A program made the translations under genes and the position numbers. The notes beneath the pieces were generated by a model that did not search any database, was not told the DNA's origin, and was given only the letters and a program-made list of their open reading frames with translations. 64,000 nucleotides of DNA from Acanthaster planci (taxonomy: Eukaryota): contig NW_019091359.1 in the NCBI RefSeq assembly GCF_001949145.1, positions 2,120,540-2,184,539 on the forward strand, written 5' to 3'. Below, piece by piece: positions 14,201-27,777 of the stretch; position 1 is the stretch's first letter, and every line of letters starts with the position of its first letter.

Positions 14201-15558
14201 GTAAAATATTTAACTTAATGGAGGCTTTAATCATCTGGGTTACTGTTTTTGATGTATTCTGAAATACAGGAAGGCTTCTGAAATGTAGCGGCAGTCAGCA
14301 GTGCAAGACAGAGGCTGTAACTCTCCTGGGACGTGCCCAGGACATCCGTACCACCCACCTCGGAGCCAATCACTTCCTGACCAAAGCCGTGCGGCAAGCT
14401 CTGAAGGAGGTCCAGCAGCAGCTGACCTCAGGCGATTACGACTATGCCCCAGTCAAGCAGCCTGACCGACGCACCAAGCAGCGACCGTACAGCGCCCTCA
14501 GCTGGCACGAGGCCGACCTGATGGGTTTTGAGAAGCAGGCGCGTGCCAAGAGCGCCCAGCAGGGGGTGGAGAGAAGTGACAGCAAGGCGCAGCAAACCAA
14601 GACAGATAGAAGAAGGACCTCCTCACATGTGGACCTTCCGAGTACTCCTAAGCAGGAGGAATCCAAGAGTCATGATAGTGGGGGGGTTAATTCGAAAGCC
14701 AGGTCAAACAGTGTACCGAACATACGTGACGGCGCGACACCACTGAATCGCGACTCAGCACCACCTTTGGCAGGCAAGGGGTTCTGCACAGAGCCAGAAC
14801 AAGCAGCGAAGTACAACGGTAAGGATAAGGGGGTAAGGTCTGGTCAGGGTGCCGGTAAGAGCCAACGACCAAGGAGCGTCCACGGCACTTTCAGATCAGG
14901 GCAACGTAAACCTGGGAGAAAAGCTGCAAGTGCGAATTCTCCCGTCCGGGCTCATCACACTGAAATAATGAACAATTCTGCCAGGACGCAACAACGTGAG
15001 AGACAGGGTGATCTTCAGTCTCTCTGCTTGATTCCCAGGCAAAATGCTAGGGGTGACACCACTGCCCCACTCCAAGGTGTCGATTCTGCACCAAATTCAA
15101 AGGATGCTTTCAAGCGATTCAGCACATGGAGTGCTGGAACATACGACAGCTGGCCCAGAAGCACTCAAAGCCGAGGGCAAGGGGCATCCTCAGCAGGGGA
15201 ACGAGGTACCAGCCCCGGCCGGCGACCCTACAGTAGCTCCAGCCAGGTCTCGCATACCTCTCACCGTTCCCGCTGCGATGTGCCAAGTGCCCTTCAGATG
15301 CACCCCAGCAACGACAGAACCATACGAGGTCCACACAGCCAAATCCAAGCCATCCTTGGTGAGCCATCGTGCCCCAGGCCGGTACAGCCCAAGGTGCTTC
15401 ACACCTCGGCGTGGTGGCACGAACCTGGCGGGTACCCTAGGAAACCCAACGACATCTACCCTCCCAGGAGACACCAGAAACGTCCAGCTAGTAGGCCTCC
15501 ACTGGAGTCGAGCAACAGATTCAGCGTGCTTGCATCAATGGCAGATAATGATAACTGA
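2276..15558 (+). CDS. NACHT/AAA-like NTPase + TPR-repeat protein (TTC41-like / nephrocystin-3-like), 5'-partial multi-exon gene
   Basis: Phase-consistent GT-AG exons: 2276-2430, 3446-3757, 4220-4352, 5438-5677, 6270-6489, 7493-7722, 8101-8520, 9250-9395, 10031-10217, 11530-11686, 12392-12541, 13204-13310, 14270-15558 (TGA). Motifs: Walker-B-like PCVLVLDGIDEL; SWLP..P..C.IILTT; PLFL.ILANEL; SRNGLSE.E; FFHQHLREAV; ELPWQL. Kinesin-light-chain/NPHP3-type TPRs: AEKCLLEALGTRERWYGKSHPHVGEVLDELG, AEAHFRRALLIRTQSFGRDHLLVG. The start lies upstream of the window. Confidence 0.8.
4510..4908. repeat. Intronic 32-bp minisatellite (~12 copies)
   Basis: Unit ~CTAGTACTCCACAGGTATTTTCCATTACTTCA; CTAGTA recurs at 4512, 4544, 4576 and onward. 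Confidence 0.9.
8451..8522 (+). repeat. Perfect 36-bp tandem duplication in coding exon (ARDGTEPHSDEG x2)
   Basis: GCCAGGGATGGAACCGAACCCCACAGCGATGAGGGT at 8451-8486 and 8487-8522; the second copy overlaps the splice donor. Confidence 0.95.
9572..9795. mobile_element. Tc1/mariner-type MITE
   Basis: TIRs CACTACTCAAAAAAGTTAAGGACCACTTTT ... AAAAGTGGTCCTTTACTTTTTGAGTAGTA, flanked by TA on both sides. Confidence 0.75.
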
Positions 15559-16218
15559 ATTACGCCACTATTGCACTGCCGTGGTCTGCAGTTTCAACAA
15601 AAAATACCCAAAGTATTACAAGATTGAGCTTATTCTAAGCCAGAACAAGTTGTCTTGTTCTTTTTAAGCTGTAAACTGAAATATTTGCCTGCCAAAATTA
15701 GAGATCCAAGGAAACGCAGTGGGATACATTCAGATTGCTTATAGTGAGTTAGTGATGAGGCATGGCTATCTCTCATAGTTATTAACGGCCCATTGAAAAT
15801 ATTTCTTTCAAAGCAGGTCTCCTGAATGCTTCTTTGCATCCGGTTAAACCTGATTTCCTGTTTTTTTGTGCTTCTTCAAGGGCATTTTGTTGCTTGTCTG
15901 ATAATGTTTATGCTGATGCAGATTTGCATATTTATGAGCAAAGTGATGGAGTCATCCAAGGCAGAAATTTCACTGTCACTGCAATTTCTACTCTAACATT
16001 TATCAGAACGTTGGATATTTTGCTGTCGTAAAGTTTTTTTACATTGGTGATTTGTTTTTGTCGCCGCTCTTGACAATAGGCCAGTGGGCAGAGTTTTCTC
16101 ATAAATATTTTCTCTGAGCAAATGTTGGATTCACAATTTTCACAGAAACCCCTAAATAAATACTGTCTTCCGGTACTGACATCAAAGAAGCAGTTCCCAT
16201 GGAAAAATTTGTACATTT

Positions 16219-16224
16219 AATAAA
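16219..16224 (+). terminator. Candidate polyadenylation signal of the TPR gene
   Basis: AATAAA ~660 nt after the stop codon; another AATAAA near 16155. Confidence 0.35.
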
Positions 16225-18222
16225 GTGCATTTAAGAGTAACCAAATACAGATGTTAGTTTTCTTACATTTTAAGAGGATTAGAAAGTTTCACATATGCTT
16301 CACATCATGCACCCTTTCAAGTCCTGCTGTACATAGGTCTCAAGTTATGAAGTGTTTGGTGAAATCAGCCTGTGCTTTCAACATTTTCCAAACTCTATGT
16401 GCCATATACATCTTTAAGATCAATAGCAGGCGTATTTTTCATTATGTTTCTTATATTCATTATAGATTTATTATCTTTGTCATTATCCCATGCATGCTTT
16501 GATTCCATCATAAAAATCATAGAAAGGAACATTATAACCCTAACCATACAAATACTGGTAGATTGGATGTGATTTACACAGCACCTCGCGTGTACTTCGA
16601 GAAACACTTAAGAAATAGAACACAAACAGACATTTGTTACTTTCATATGCGTCTTATTATCTTATAAGTGAACAGTCTCATCTAGATTGGTTCACAAAGA
16701 TAATATAAGATTCTCTTTGCAGTAGTAATATTTAATAAGTTCTAATTGATAGTTAGTGCCTTAGACTGTCAGTTTGCTTCCAAATGATTTTCCATGGGGG
16801 GGGAACTGAAGCAAATGAAACTTGCTGGAGAGCCCTTACATCCCTGTAGAGAGGTGACGGATTTACAAAGCTGTTGGCGTTTACTCTGGGCCAGATGCTT
16901 GTAAACAAGCAAGTGCATTTGCACGTTTTGTTACTGCCCTAAGCAAGGATTGATCGCAGGATTTGTGATTTTTGGTCAAGAGACAAGGAGGCGTAGATTT
17001 TTTGGCAAAACAGGGAGTTCGTCATTCGTTAAATACAGTATATGCAGCCACTGCACAGTGAGACTTGAGGAAATAATACATATAAAATATGCTCGTACAT
17101 GTTTGCCTGGTAATGATAACATGCAGTACATTTATTGTATTCAACTAGATTTTAGGGCGTGCTCTTCAGAGTGGTTCTTGGCTAGAAATTTGAGGGAAAA
17201 AAACTGTGTTCAGAATCTGATTTTCATGGGAAAGAAGAATTGATTGTGGTTTAATAGATTTGATGATGGGAGAGAGACACTTGAGGATTGCAGAGGACCG
17301 AGGATGATGTCCCTTTTAAGGTAACAAAAGCGGAGCTACATTTGGGCTGCAATCTAGCCTATTTGCTCCGCCCCCATTGAACCACTCACTTGAAGTCCCA
17401 TCAAATGGTATGATTGTTAGATATTCTAAATGTCTGCAAAATGTAAGCAACAAATAAATGAAAAATAGCCTTACGAACTGAAATAAACTAGTTAGTGTCC
17501 GCAAAGCTGGTAAAATACTTTTATGGTCATCTGGAACTATTTCTCATCTTTATATTTAAGAATTTTTCAACGTGGAAACATGGTGTATATTTTGGATGTA
17601 AGCTAAACTTAACTTTCATGACAATCTGTCTGCTGCCACTCGGGTAAATATTTGGAAAGCCTTTTGAACTCAATTTTTTAGACTTTTTGTACTTTAGAAA
17701 TGTTTACAGTGTGTGAGGTTAAGTTCTCCGTTCCATAAAGTAAGGCCTTTAATTGCCTACCTTGACAAATGTGTAATTGCACCTGTGTACGTGAATATAT
17801 TTTTACACCATTATGTTTCACATGGTACCAAAACCAATTTTGTGTCAGGTAGGCAGGCCTTCACGAGACAAGGTGGCCCCTTTCATAATTTGTATTCTTA
17901 ACTGTCGTTTTTAAGTAGTTGGATGTGATACAAAATGCAAACTGCACAATTATTTTAGTATCAAAATAGTTGCCTCGAGAAGATTGGTGATTCTTTTCAC
18001 CCAATAAATCACCACCGAAACCATTAGTTTTTTCCTCGTTATTAAGCAGTCACATACATAGGAAAATTTCTGCGAAAAAGTCTTTTTCTTCTGCGATTGG
18101 AAACCTGCCCAGGCACAGACCATGGAGGTACGGAACCAACAAAAATGTAATTAAGTTTTTGGGTGGGGGTGGGATTCTAGACGTTTATCTAGAGAGCCTT
18201 TTGAACCTATTTCACAGTTTTC

Positions 18223-21200
18223 TCAAAATTCGGGAGGTATCCAGTCGCTTGAAGGCGAGAAGAAGAAGTAATCGTCAATTGTAACAACCGAGAACTCGTG
18301 AGGGGGGAGGCCACTTCCAGTAGCAGACTCTTTCTTTTGCAAAGTAGCACCTGAAAAAACAATGTGGAGGGAGGTGACACGGTTCGTGTTGTGTAACAAA
18401 AACCACCAATATTTAAAGGGAAATGATTCTCGAAACACAAAGACAACGTCTGCTTACAAGAATAGCATCTCTGACGAATTTGTTTAACCACCTCAAGAAA
18501 AGGCAATAAGGTGTTAAGGCAGAGTCTGAGGCTATTCTTTGTTTATCTTAAGTTAATTAAAATTAATGCACAGAAGGTTTACGCGAGGCTATCTTAGAGG
18601 AAGAAAGGAATTCCCTCTAACGTGACGTCAGCGGGTCTATTGAATTCCTTAGTGGGCCATTCACGGCCCCTGCTGACAAAATTTGCGAAAATCAATGAAT
18701 CATCCGTTATGCCTGAGCAACGTGCATATGGCAATAGACGACACGGAAATGCTGTTTTTAAAGTGTGGCGCTTCCCTGCCTGGAGCTAATTCTCTGCTCA
18801 CCTTCTCGGCAGACCACACCCGCATCTTGGGTGTGGTTGCATCGCGTACCCTCCCAACAGAGCGAAGGGCAGTCGGTGATCCTGCTCTCGGACCCATCAC
18901 ACGCCAGACCGTCCATGTGCACGGGACCCACTCCCTGACCAAAGTGGGCACCAGACTTGGCCTCCTCGGCGCCTGAGAACCCTAGCTGGCGGCAGACAAT
19001 GTCCGCATCCGTCACGTCCCAGTACGTGTCGCATAGAGTGCCCCAGGTGTTGTTCTGGTAAATCTCAACACGGCCGTTGGTTGGGCTCGAACCACCAACC
19101 AGACGAATGACATCTCCTATACAAATCAAGAATTAAAGGAAACTAAATTAACTGGCCGCTAATAGGCGGCGAATCAAGGGGAAACGGGCAACATTAAAAA
19201 CACGAAAAGGAATGGCTGTAGGAAAAGGGAACGAGAAACTCCATAATATTGGAAACCCAGCCAATGGAACAATTTTCCTAGACATTTCTTCCGCGATTGG
19301 GGGACGTTCTTATCCGCTGCTAATAAAGTGAACGGAAATTGGTAAAAGGGCGCCGCTCACTGGTTCAGGACGGAGGTGTCGCCCGTGTGCAGAAAGTAAC
19401 CTACGATTCAGAGTTGTGCTAGGGTGCTTTTATCCGTCTACACATTCTTACAACGTATATTTTGTTCTATCTTCAGATTGGCCCAAAAGTAAAGTAACTT
19501 CCATTTCAGACGGGAGCACTAAAGTGATGCATCACACTTAAGAACAAGCAGCTAAAAAAAAGAACAAACGGGGAAGACATCATGTGGATTCGAATCCGAC
19601 TTGGCATTTGTTGAAAGTTGATATCTCTTCCGACCTGGCATTGACGAAACTCGGCCACTCTTGATCAATACTTTTATATTTCCCAATAGGTCACTTGGGA
19701 GACATTTTGTGGTAAATTTTTCAAAATTAGGGAGACATCGGTCATTAGCCAACTACCAAAAGGAAGGAACTTTTTAATGGTCCACATTTTGAGAGATGAT
19801 AGATTAGGGTCTGAAAGGAAAACTTGCAAAGTTTGGTTAAGATCAGATTAGGGAATATTGAATTATGGGACGGTAAAGTTTGAAATAATTTGTGCACGTT
19901 CCTATGGGAGTGTCTCCCAAGTGACCCATTTTCGGTAATAACTGTGATTATCTAATCTCCATGATAGATCACACTCCTTTCGTCTATTTCTTTGAATATG
20001 CCAAATATTATCAATGCTGCAACTAGGATTTGTCGTGGGGGGGGGGCTTGGAGTGAAGTTTACCCCCCCCGGCTCATGATGCCTAAGCCCACCCCACCCC
20101 CCTTCCCGTCTCACTGCCACTGTTCAAATGATTCTTACGGGGTGGTTTGCACGACACGCCTGCCGCGCGTGAGCTGTTACATTGCAGGCTTTCGCTGCCG
20201 CAGACAAGCGGGCAGTCCACCAGGCGCGTCTCGGTTCCTCTGCAGGTTACCCGGCTCATGAGGAATGGAGCCTCTTCGCCCTCCCCCAAGGGTAGACTGG
20301 TGGCCTCCCCCATCTCGTTCAAGCCAAACTGCTGGCAAACGACGTCAGCATCTTGGTCATCCCAGCCATTATCGCATATCACACCCCAGATACCGCCCTT
20401 CAGAACTTCCACTCGACCGGAGTGTCCATCACCCCCCACTAGGCGAAGCATACCATCTATGTCTGATATTACAAGGGGGAAAAATTAGGGGTTTTGATTT
20501 GGAAAAGTTTTTAGTCATTAGACAAAGTCCAGTAATGTAGGTCGAACTACGGTTTGCTATTGCGCAAAAATAATATTTGATCGCACTCAATTTTATTTTA
20601 AAACTCTGTAACCAGCCTTTCTCCTAAATTTTCCTTGATAAAGTTGGAAGTGCAAACGATTCACCATGGTTAACAAATTTCGGTTTACATGTTTCTTCTG
20701 CAGTTTAGACTTTGAAAAATACGGGGATGTCCAATCTTACAAAAAAAGTTCTTGCGGGCTTCTGTTTACTGTTTAAGAGCACCTGAAAAAAAACAATCAG
20801 TATTTTTTGTACATTGACTTAAAAAAAAAATAGAACTGCAGAACAGAAAGCATGAAATACAACTTCAGGAAGAGATTGCCTATTCCATAAAAATTGAAGG
20901 ACTTCCAATCACACATGGAGCCAGATTGATATATGTGTTTCACCTCGCCTTTTACCTCTACGGACCGGTTCCGGCTACAATGCCTCTGACACTTCTGAGT
21001 AATCCTTGGTTTTATTACCAGAAATGTTTACAATAATCAATAATAACACTGTTAACTTATTAATTATTAATCGTCAAGGAAATGAGTCTGTCTACATCGA
21101 TGAGGAAAGGTCTGAGTCATTACCTCGACACCCCGTGAACTCCATATTCAATCGAATATGGCCAACCCAAGCAGTTGGAGACAAGCGGATGAATCTTGTA

Positions 21201-23914
21201 AACAGCGCATCGGGAAATGAGATGACGGTCATTCCGTTCCAAAATTCGCTGCTTACTTCAAACTATTAAAACAGAACAAGAATCGGTTAGAAATAAACCA
21301 ACCCCGTAACTTTTTACTTTCTAAAATTTTATTTTGAGAAAAAACATCGAAGGACGTTTAAAATACCCCCAAATGTAACCTAATCCTTCAGAAGAAAGGA
21401 AGGAACACTTTTGCGTTAACTGATTGCACAAAACACAATAATCAAGCAGCGACTCAGAAAAAAATCTTAATATCTTCTCTCTGATTGATTTTTAAAAAAA
21501 ATCCTGTTTTTATATCGACGAGGGCATGGCCCTCGTCCCCAAACCCCGGATACCGTTCTTGGACCGGGAGATAAATGATATTATTGCCGTGCATAAAAAC
21601 TTGAGCGATTGGTTAATTTAAAGATTTCCCCGGGCCCAGTGCGAGTTCACTGGCCAATCAGCGGCCTCGTCAGCTATGGCGTCATGGCATGTCCTCGATT
21701 CCTTCCAAGGAGGCGCTATCGACTATCCTTACAGTGGACATTCTGCAACTAATTACCTTGAGGGCAGGGCTGGACTTGAAAATATCGCGCGCGATCATTT
21801 TCCACTTTTTGCTTTCCTTTACCGCTAGCCGAGAGTGCAACTGGGTTCTTTACGACCGACGCCACATCAGGTCGGCCCCGCTTTACCTGAATAGTTTGGC
21901 CGACCTCATCAGTCAGGTTCTGCCATTCATTTGCTGCTCCACTCGTGCTGTGCTGAACGGTGAAGGTTTTGATGTAGTTTACCTCACCAAAGTCACTGTA
22001 TATAATGACGCCTGTGATAGCAGCGAAGACACCCAGATCTACCTGGATCCACTGGTTCTCATTGACTCTCGGCGACCAAGAAGAACCTGCAAGAGATTGC
22101 AAAGGGCAAGTTTAGCCCCAAATCATCAGTATTATTCCAAATTCTCTTCAAAGGGTGAAATCAACCAGGCTTAAATGATGCCAACAATTCGGTGAACCCA
22201 TTTTAACTAAATCTCTGTTGAAGCAAGATGATATCTACTGGACAGAATTTTTCTAAACTTAAATTTCAGTTTTCCACGAGATTGGGTCAAATTTAATTCC
22301 AATTATTTACACAACTGTAGGGCACACGCATGTTGGCGATAGTTTTCCACTTTCATTAGTATTGACAAAAGGAGGAGTTTCAAGTGTTTCAAACCAATCC
22401 TTAGTCACAATCAAATTTAGCATTAGACAGAACAATAATTATTTTTAGCATTTATGACAGTTTATATTCTTTCAGACAATATACTAGATCAATCAGTTCA
22501 TGTAATTTATCTCTACAAAGTCTCTGATTTAATGAGTGACTAAGTTAAAACTTGATTTCTTTTCAAAGTTTCATGCTTTACAGCGAAAACCTACTTCAGT
22601 TTTAGACTTGAGTTACATTTCGCCTAGTATGTTGTAGCTTGCCAACATGCGCGCTCGTGAACTGGCTCCTTGGACTTACCAGAGAAAATGCGAACACTGG
22701 AGGCGGAGTAAGAGGCGTTCCACGAAGACGAGGCTGTGATATCACTGTCTGGTATAGCGCCACTCATCAAGCCTAACAGCTCACCAGAAAAGCCAAAGTC
22801 GCTAGAACACGGCAGTTCTGGACAACGGTTACAAACCATCAATGAATCAGCAATTATTCCAGATTTCAAGACAAATTCAAATTAGCGAACCACTTTCAAA
22901 TAAAAGTGGGCTATTTACGAATAACGCAACATACATTATACCTGACGATGTTAATTATCATTAGACCTGAGGGAAATCGTTAACTATAACAATTTGCAAT
23001 AATGTATTTGAATTTTGCTGCGTGGTTCATCAATAGTGCAAGGTACTGTGGCTAATAAGCCTGTAAATCATCTTTTATTACAACAAAACCATTTGCAAGT
23101 ATTGCATTTTTTTAATTTGAACTTATTGAAACCTTCAGTTTCGAGGTTAAAACACGTCCATGCATGTATTCAGACACGCATCACATATAGGACTTTCCTT
23201 TTTACCTGAGAGAAGGGGCCTTTGGACGGTTCGCGCTTCGAGGGGCTGAGCCGAACTTGAAATCACCTCTTTATTAAGGGACGAAAAGAGAGAAACGAAA
23301 GTTATGTTCCACAGTCCGCCCAGTATGGTTTATGACTGGAAAGATTTCCCATAGGATGGGACTGATGGGAAATTTCGAATTCACGAGGTTAATACAAGAA
23401 GATTAGCAAAAAGTCAACTTTTTTGAACACACATTTGCATACATCACCTTACAGCATAGCTGTTTGTCTACTTTTCTACGAGTGGTCGCGGTTGACCTTT
23501 CATGCTTTTAAACAGGTTTCTTCATTCTCTCTCGTTCATACAGGTACATACGGTTGCCACGAGGAAAATCGTTTAAGTAGAATTATAGATCGTATTAAGA
23601 ATGCCATAATGATTTTGAATTTTAAGTCAAAAACGGTAAAAGATGGGGAAACGATTCAATTCTGGGGTGACATCACTCGGAAAAATAATATTGGCATCAC
23701 TGATGTTTCAGTGGTAGATATAAAACACACATTACATTTTACTCCACCAAAATGACGAATTTGAGTGTGTGATAATAAAGCTTCTAAGGAGACCTGAAAG
23801 AAAGCTAAAAAAAAGACACCCCCTCCCAAAATAAAATGACCTATCGGTTGCATGCAAGGTCTACTTACCCAAAAGGGCAATGATAAACACCTTGAGAGAC
23901 ACCAGAGATGCCAT
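18223..23914 (-). CDS. Secreted F5/8 type C (discoidin) + 2x SRCR protein, paralog A
   Basis: Exons: 23914-23869 (MASLVSLKVFIIALLG, signal peptide); 22817-22680, 22086-21887 and 21262-21124 (F5/8C: C..LGLMSGAIPDSDITASS, W.P...NQWIQVDL, RFIRLSPTAW...MEFTGC); 20462-20139 (SRCR1); 19116-18802 (SRCR2). Probable terminal exon 18350-18223 (TTGTTTTTTCAG acceptor; GATLQ...WIPPEF*). All junctions are phase-consistent. Confidence 0.85.
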
Positions 23915-26785
23915 CGTTGCAACGTATTCTCAGCTTGCTTACCCAAGTGATACTGGGCTATGTAGTATCTATCTGGTATGCCAAGTCGCGCTGGTCCACC
24001 TAGCTTTATAGGCTTATTTTATGGCAAGAGGTGATGATCACGCCGTTATTTTTGAGATGACCAATGTAAGGTCTCCTTTAGTGAGGCCAATAGCCGAAGC
24101 CCAGGGGCCAATATTATAAAGCATCATAGCTGCTAACCACACACTACTTGCTTAGCGAAAAGGTTACCAGCCAAATCTGTATAGAAATAACTGTTTCTCG
24201 TCTGATTCCTGCTTAACACATAAATTTACTTATTACAGGTGTCTCTTGGTGCCTGGTTCTTTAGAGTGGCGTCATGGCACCTGAAACCACGCCCACGATA
24301 AACTGTGCAGCACTGGAATCAGTTCCTTTGGAAGTGGTGGGAAGTTCCAGTTGCATTAAATTTGGGCTGAGCGGTAAGGAAGTTTATGACGAAAGCGCTC
24401 TGTTGTGCAATTTGGAAAAAAAATTGTGGGCCGTTCCACTATAGCACAGGGATTCCTAACCCCTACGTTGTTACAGCAACATTATGATTACACAACAATT
24501 TATTACATTTGAGCACATATTGACAGATAAACTTTTATAATCCGAGCTAACTTATGAAAACTACAAGAAACCATTGAGTAAGAACTTATCGAGTACTAAC
24601 ATCGAATGAAAATCAAATTCAAGAAAATGCTCATTATTCTTTAAAGGGGCATGGAATAAAGTTTCAATTAAAACTTATTCATGACACTCTCCGATTCAAT
24701 TTTCACTTGAACTACAATTTTGCAACCATGAACCTTAATAGAATTCAATATTTCCGGTGTCAGACGGTTAGTGATTAAAAAAATAAATGAGAGTGAATCA
24801 GCAACTTTGCTGATTTCATAATTATTTTACAGTAAAACTCAGCTGCACTTCCAGCGACTTTTAATTTCATTGATAAGATACACGTATGTAGGAATTCAGC
24901 TTATGGGCTGTGAAACGGTAGCTCTGAGTCACGGTGCCAGTAGGAAATAAATTGATTAATTCAAAACGAGCCAATATGACAAGACCAAGACCAAATCTAG
25001 GTTTGTACAAAAAGGAAACCGAATGGAATTTGTATGTCAGAGGATAAACAAATTTCGAAAATCATGTACAAGCAAGAAAAAGGGAGCAAAATCAACGAGT
25101 CTGGACCCTCTTTTTTTTCAAAATGGGCTGACCCATAAGGCTCCTGGAGCGGCAGTGAAATCGCGCAGGTTGCATTTCGCTCGCATCATTTCCCCTGTAA
25201 TATACACCAACTTCTTCCTGCTGCATGTGTATGTTAGTCAAGGTGCTTCTGATCATAGCTCCGTCGTCTCGTATCATTACGTCCATGCGCTTCGCTTGCA
25301 TTTCCTTGTAATTCAAATCAACACCTTCCTGCTTTACGAGTAAACTTTATCCCATAAAACTATCAAGTGTTTTGGTCATACTTCTCAATGTGTGAAGCAA
25401 CTTTCTCCAGCTTAATATAGAATCTTATGATCATTTGAAACCATTTTTAGTACCTGGCGAAGCTGTAACTTCTGCAAATAAGTATTAAGGTATTGTGCCA
25501 AGAGGAGAAAATTGCCTCTTTTTTCCTTTTTCCTAAATTAGGAGTCTTTCACTTATTTTTAAAACGTTTTAGGCCAAACAAACCGTTGCGGACATTGGAA
25601 CAGCAGCGTTGCACTTTTCGTGACTTTTCCGCAAGAGAATTAAAGAGAATTACATGTTTTCGAGAAACTAAGAGGCAAGGAGTTAGGACTGACTTATAAC
25701 TTACATTGAGTATGCAGCATTACAAATATACATCGGTAAACGAGTTAAAACACCCAGTATAAAGAATAACATCTTCTGATGCTAAAATTGCAAAATTTAA
25801 AAGAAGGAAAGACATTAATTAAAAACTGACCAAAATAAGATTAAATTGATTTTTTTTAGAAGTCGAAGCTAGTTTGTTTGCGGTGGTTTCATGAAATTCT
25901 CTATTAATCACTCTTCACCTCAGACTTTGACAGAAGACAAAGGTTAATTGTTAATCAGTAAATAATACTCCTGTGGTGCGGATATCAACATATCCCTAGT
26001 TTCAATCTAGTTTTTGAAATTAAACTTCTTGCTTGCCTTAGTCCTGCTGAATATTAACTCTACCTGTCGTGTAGGATCATGGTGCTGGGAAATTATTGTT
26101 CAAAACAACCACAACGGAAGCTCAAATTAACCTTTCTTGAAAATCGAATGATATAAGTTGATTTTAAATTAATCTTTGCTTTAACTTTCACAGTAACTGT
26201 GAAGTTTTCCTTTAGTATGCATCAAAGGGGCGACCCAAACATGAACTGGGCGAAATTGAGCAATACAAAGGTATGTGATGGCCTAGACCGGACGCACTTT
26301 TGTTCAGCGGATGTTCCGATGTTGTTGTCCCACATTTTGTGTACGTTAAGGGAAGAAAGTGAGAGCTCCTAACCTGGATTTTTTTGACCCGATAGGAGTC
26401 CAGTATAATTGGTTCATTTTATTACCACTTGCGCAAATTTGACAGAGTGACATTACAGCGGTTTGTGTAATTCCAGCTCGTGCAATAAGCATTTAACAAT
26501 GCAAGGGATTTCAATATTAACTAGAATAATGAGCTTCGAGGTCGGTCTTCAAGCATTTTTGTAACTTCAGTCTTAGGTAAAATGGGTTGAGAGGTTAGAC
26601 TAGTGTCATGGTCAAGCCAGAATGAAACCTCGATCCCGCGGTCCACCTGAGAATTTGTTACTCTGAAGTGTGTTCTTTTGAATTTTTATCAGGCATTTTG
26701 TCCCAAATAGCTGTAGCATGCACAGTTCATTGTTAGGTTGGGGTTCAAGGAGCATTAAGGCTAGGCTCGAGCAGGTTCACGGCAA

Positions 26786-26979
26786 GGGGAACGGGTTAGC
26801 GTAGTGGTTCTTTCCTCGCCTTGCACCGATGAGGCCCGGGTTCGAGTCCCGGCATGGCCCAAGCTTTAAGTGCATTTGGTTTCCAGTCCATACTCGCTCT
26901 CGCCGGTTTTCTCCGGGTACTCCGGTTTCCTCCTGCCTCTAAAACTGGACCTTCTTCCTAACTCCGTAATGTGATGCTG
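26786..26979 (+). mobile_element. tRNA-derived SINE (V-SINE/MetaSINE-like core), 3'-truncated
   Basis: A box TAGCGTAGTGG, B box GGTTCGAGTCCC, core GGTTTTCTCCGGGTACTCCGGTTTCCTCC; homologous copies near 27.6 kb and 58.3 kb. Confidence 0.8.
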
Positions 26980-27480
26980 TTTAAATTGCTTCTCGAAGGG
27001 TTTTCTGATTTTCAGTAAAGCAAGATGATTTTTCTTCCTTTAACCACTGAGCCCTCGGCTGTAGCTGGCTGTTCTATTCCGCTGCCTGCATTGTCTACAT
27101 TACTACCATACTCGCCTTAGTGTAGTGCGCTGTGGTGTGAAGTTGTGCCGGAAATTGGGGAGATAGGGATGAGGATTTTGGGGGTGACTTGCCTGGCCAT
27201 GGAAATTTGGGGGAAGGGGGTGCTGACATATGACACATGACACAAGGGGGCGATGTTTTATGATACCGCTGTTTTAGGGGCTTAGAGACGGAATTTAGAG
27301 ACGAAGAGAACTAAACATCTAACACAAGGGACGTAAAGAAAGCTTCCAAAATAATTTAATTCGTTCAGATCTGTTGCAAAAATAAGCAACACAGTTTTGG
27401 CACTCATACAACAAGACTAGGTCTTATCCCAAGGAATAAAGTGCTTCAAAGTTGCTTAATCGTTTAATGTCATATAGGTG

Positions 27481-27777
27481 TTTTTTGTTTGTTGTGTTGT
27501 TTTGTTTTGGTTTAATGGCGCTTTTAGCTACTCAGGCTATATGCGCCAATAACTACCTGTTTGTTCATAACCTTTATTAATCAGCATCACATTACGGAGT
27601 TAGGAATAAGGTCCAGTTTTAGAGGCAGGAGGAAACCGGAGTACCCGGAGAAAACCTGCGAGAGCGAGTACGGACTGGAAACCAAATGCACTTAAAGCCT
27701 GGGCCAAGACGGGACTCGAACCCAGGCGTCATTGGTAGAAAGCAACGAAAAAACAACGTTAACCCGCTGCCCACTCC
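27481..27777 (-). mobile_element. tRNA-derived SINE, same family, with A-rich tail
   Basis: Reverse-complement match to 26786-26979 (GGAGGAAACCGGAGTACCCGGAGAAAACC; GGAAACCAAATGCACTTAAAGC; GGGACTCGAACCC). Confidence 0.8.

Noticed and set aside
15044..15667. 207-aa overlapping ORF in an alternative frame
   Set aside because: Shadow of the GC-richer terminal exon; no recognisable motifs.
21689..22174. 161-aa + strand ORF
   Set aside because: Antisense shadow of the minus-strand F5/8C exon.
26786..26860. tRNA gene
   Set aside because: A and B boxes are present but continue into a SINE core found in three dispersed copies; no clean cloverleaf.
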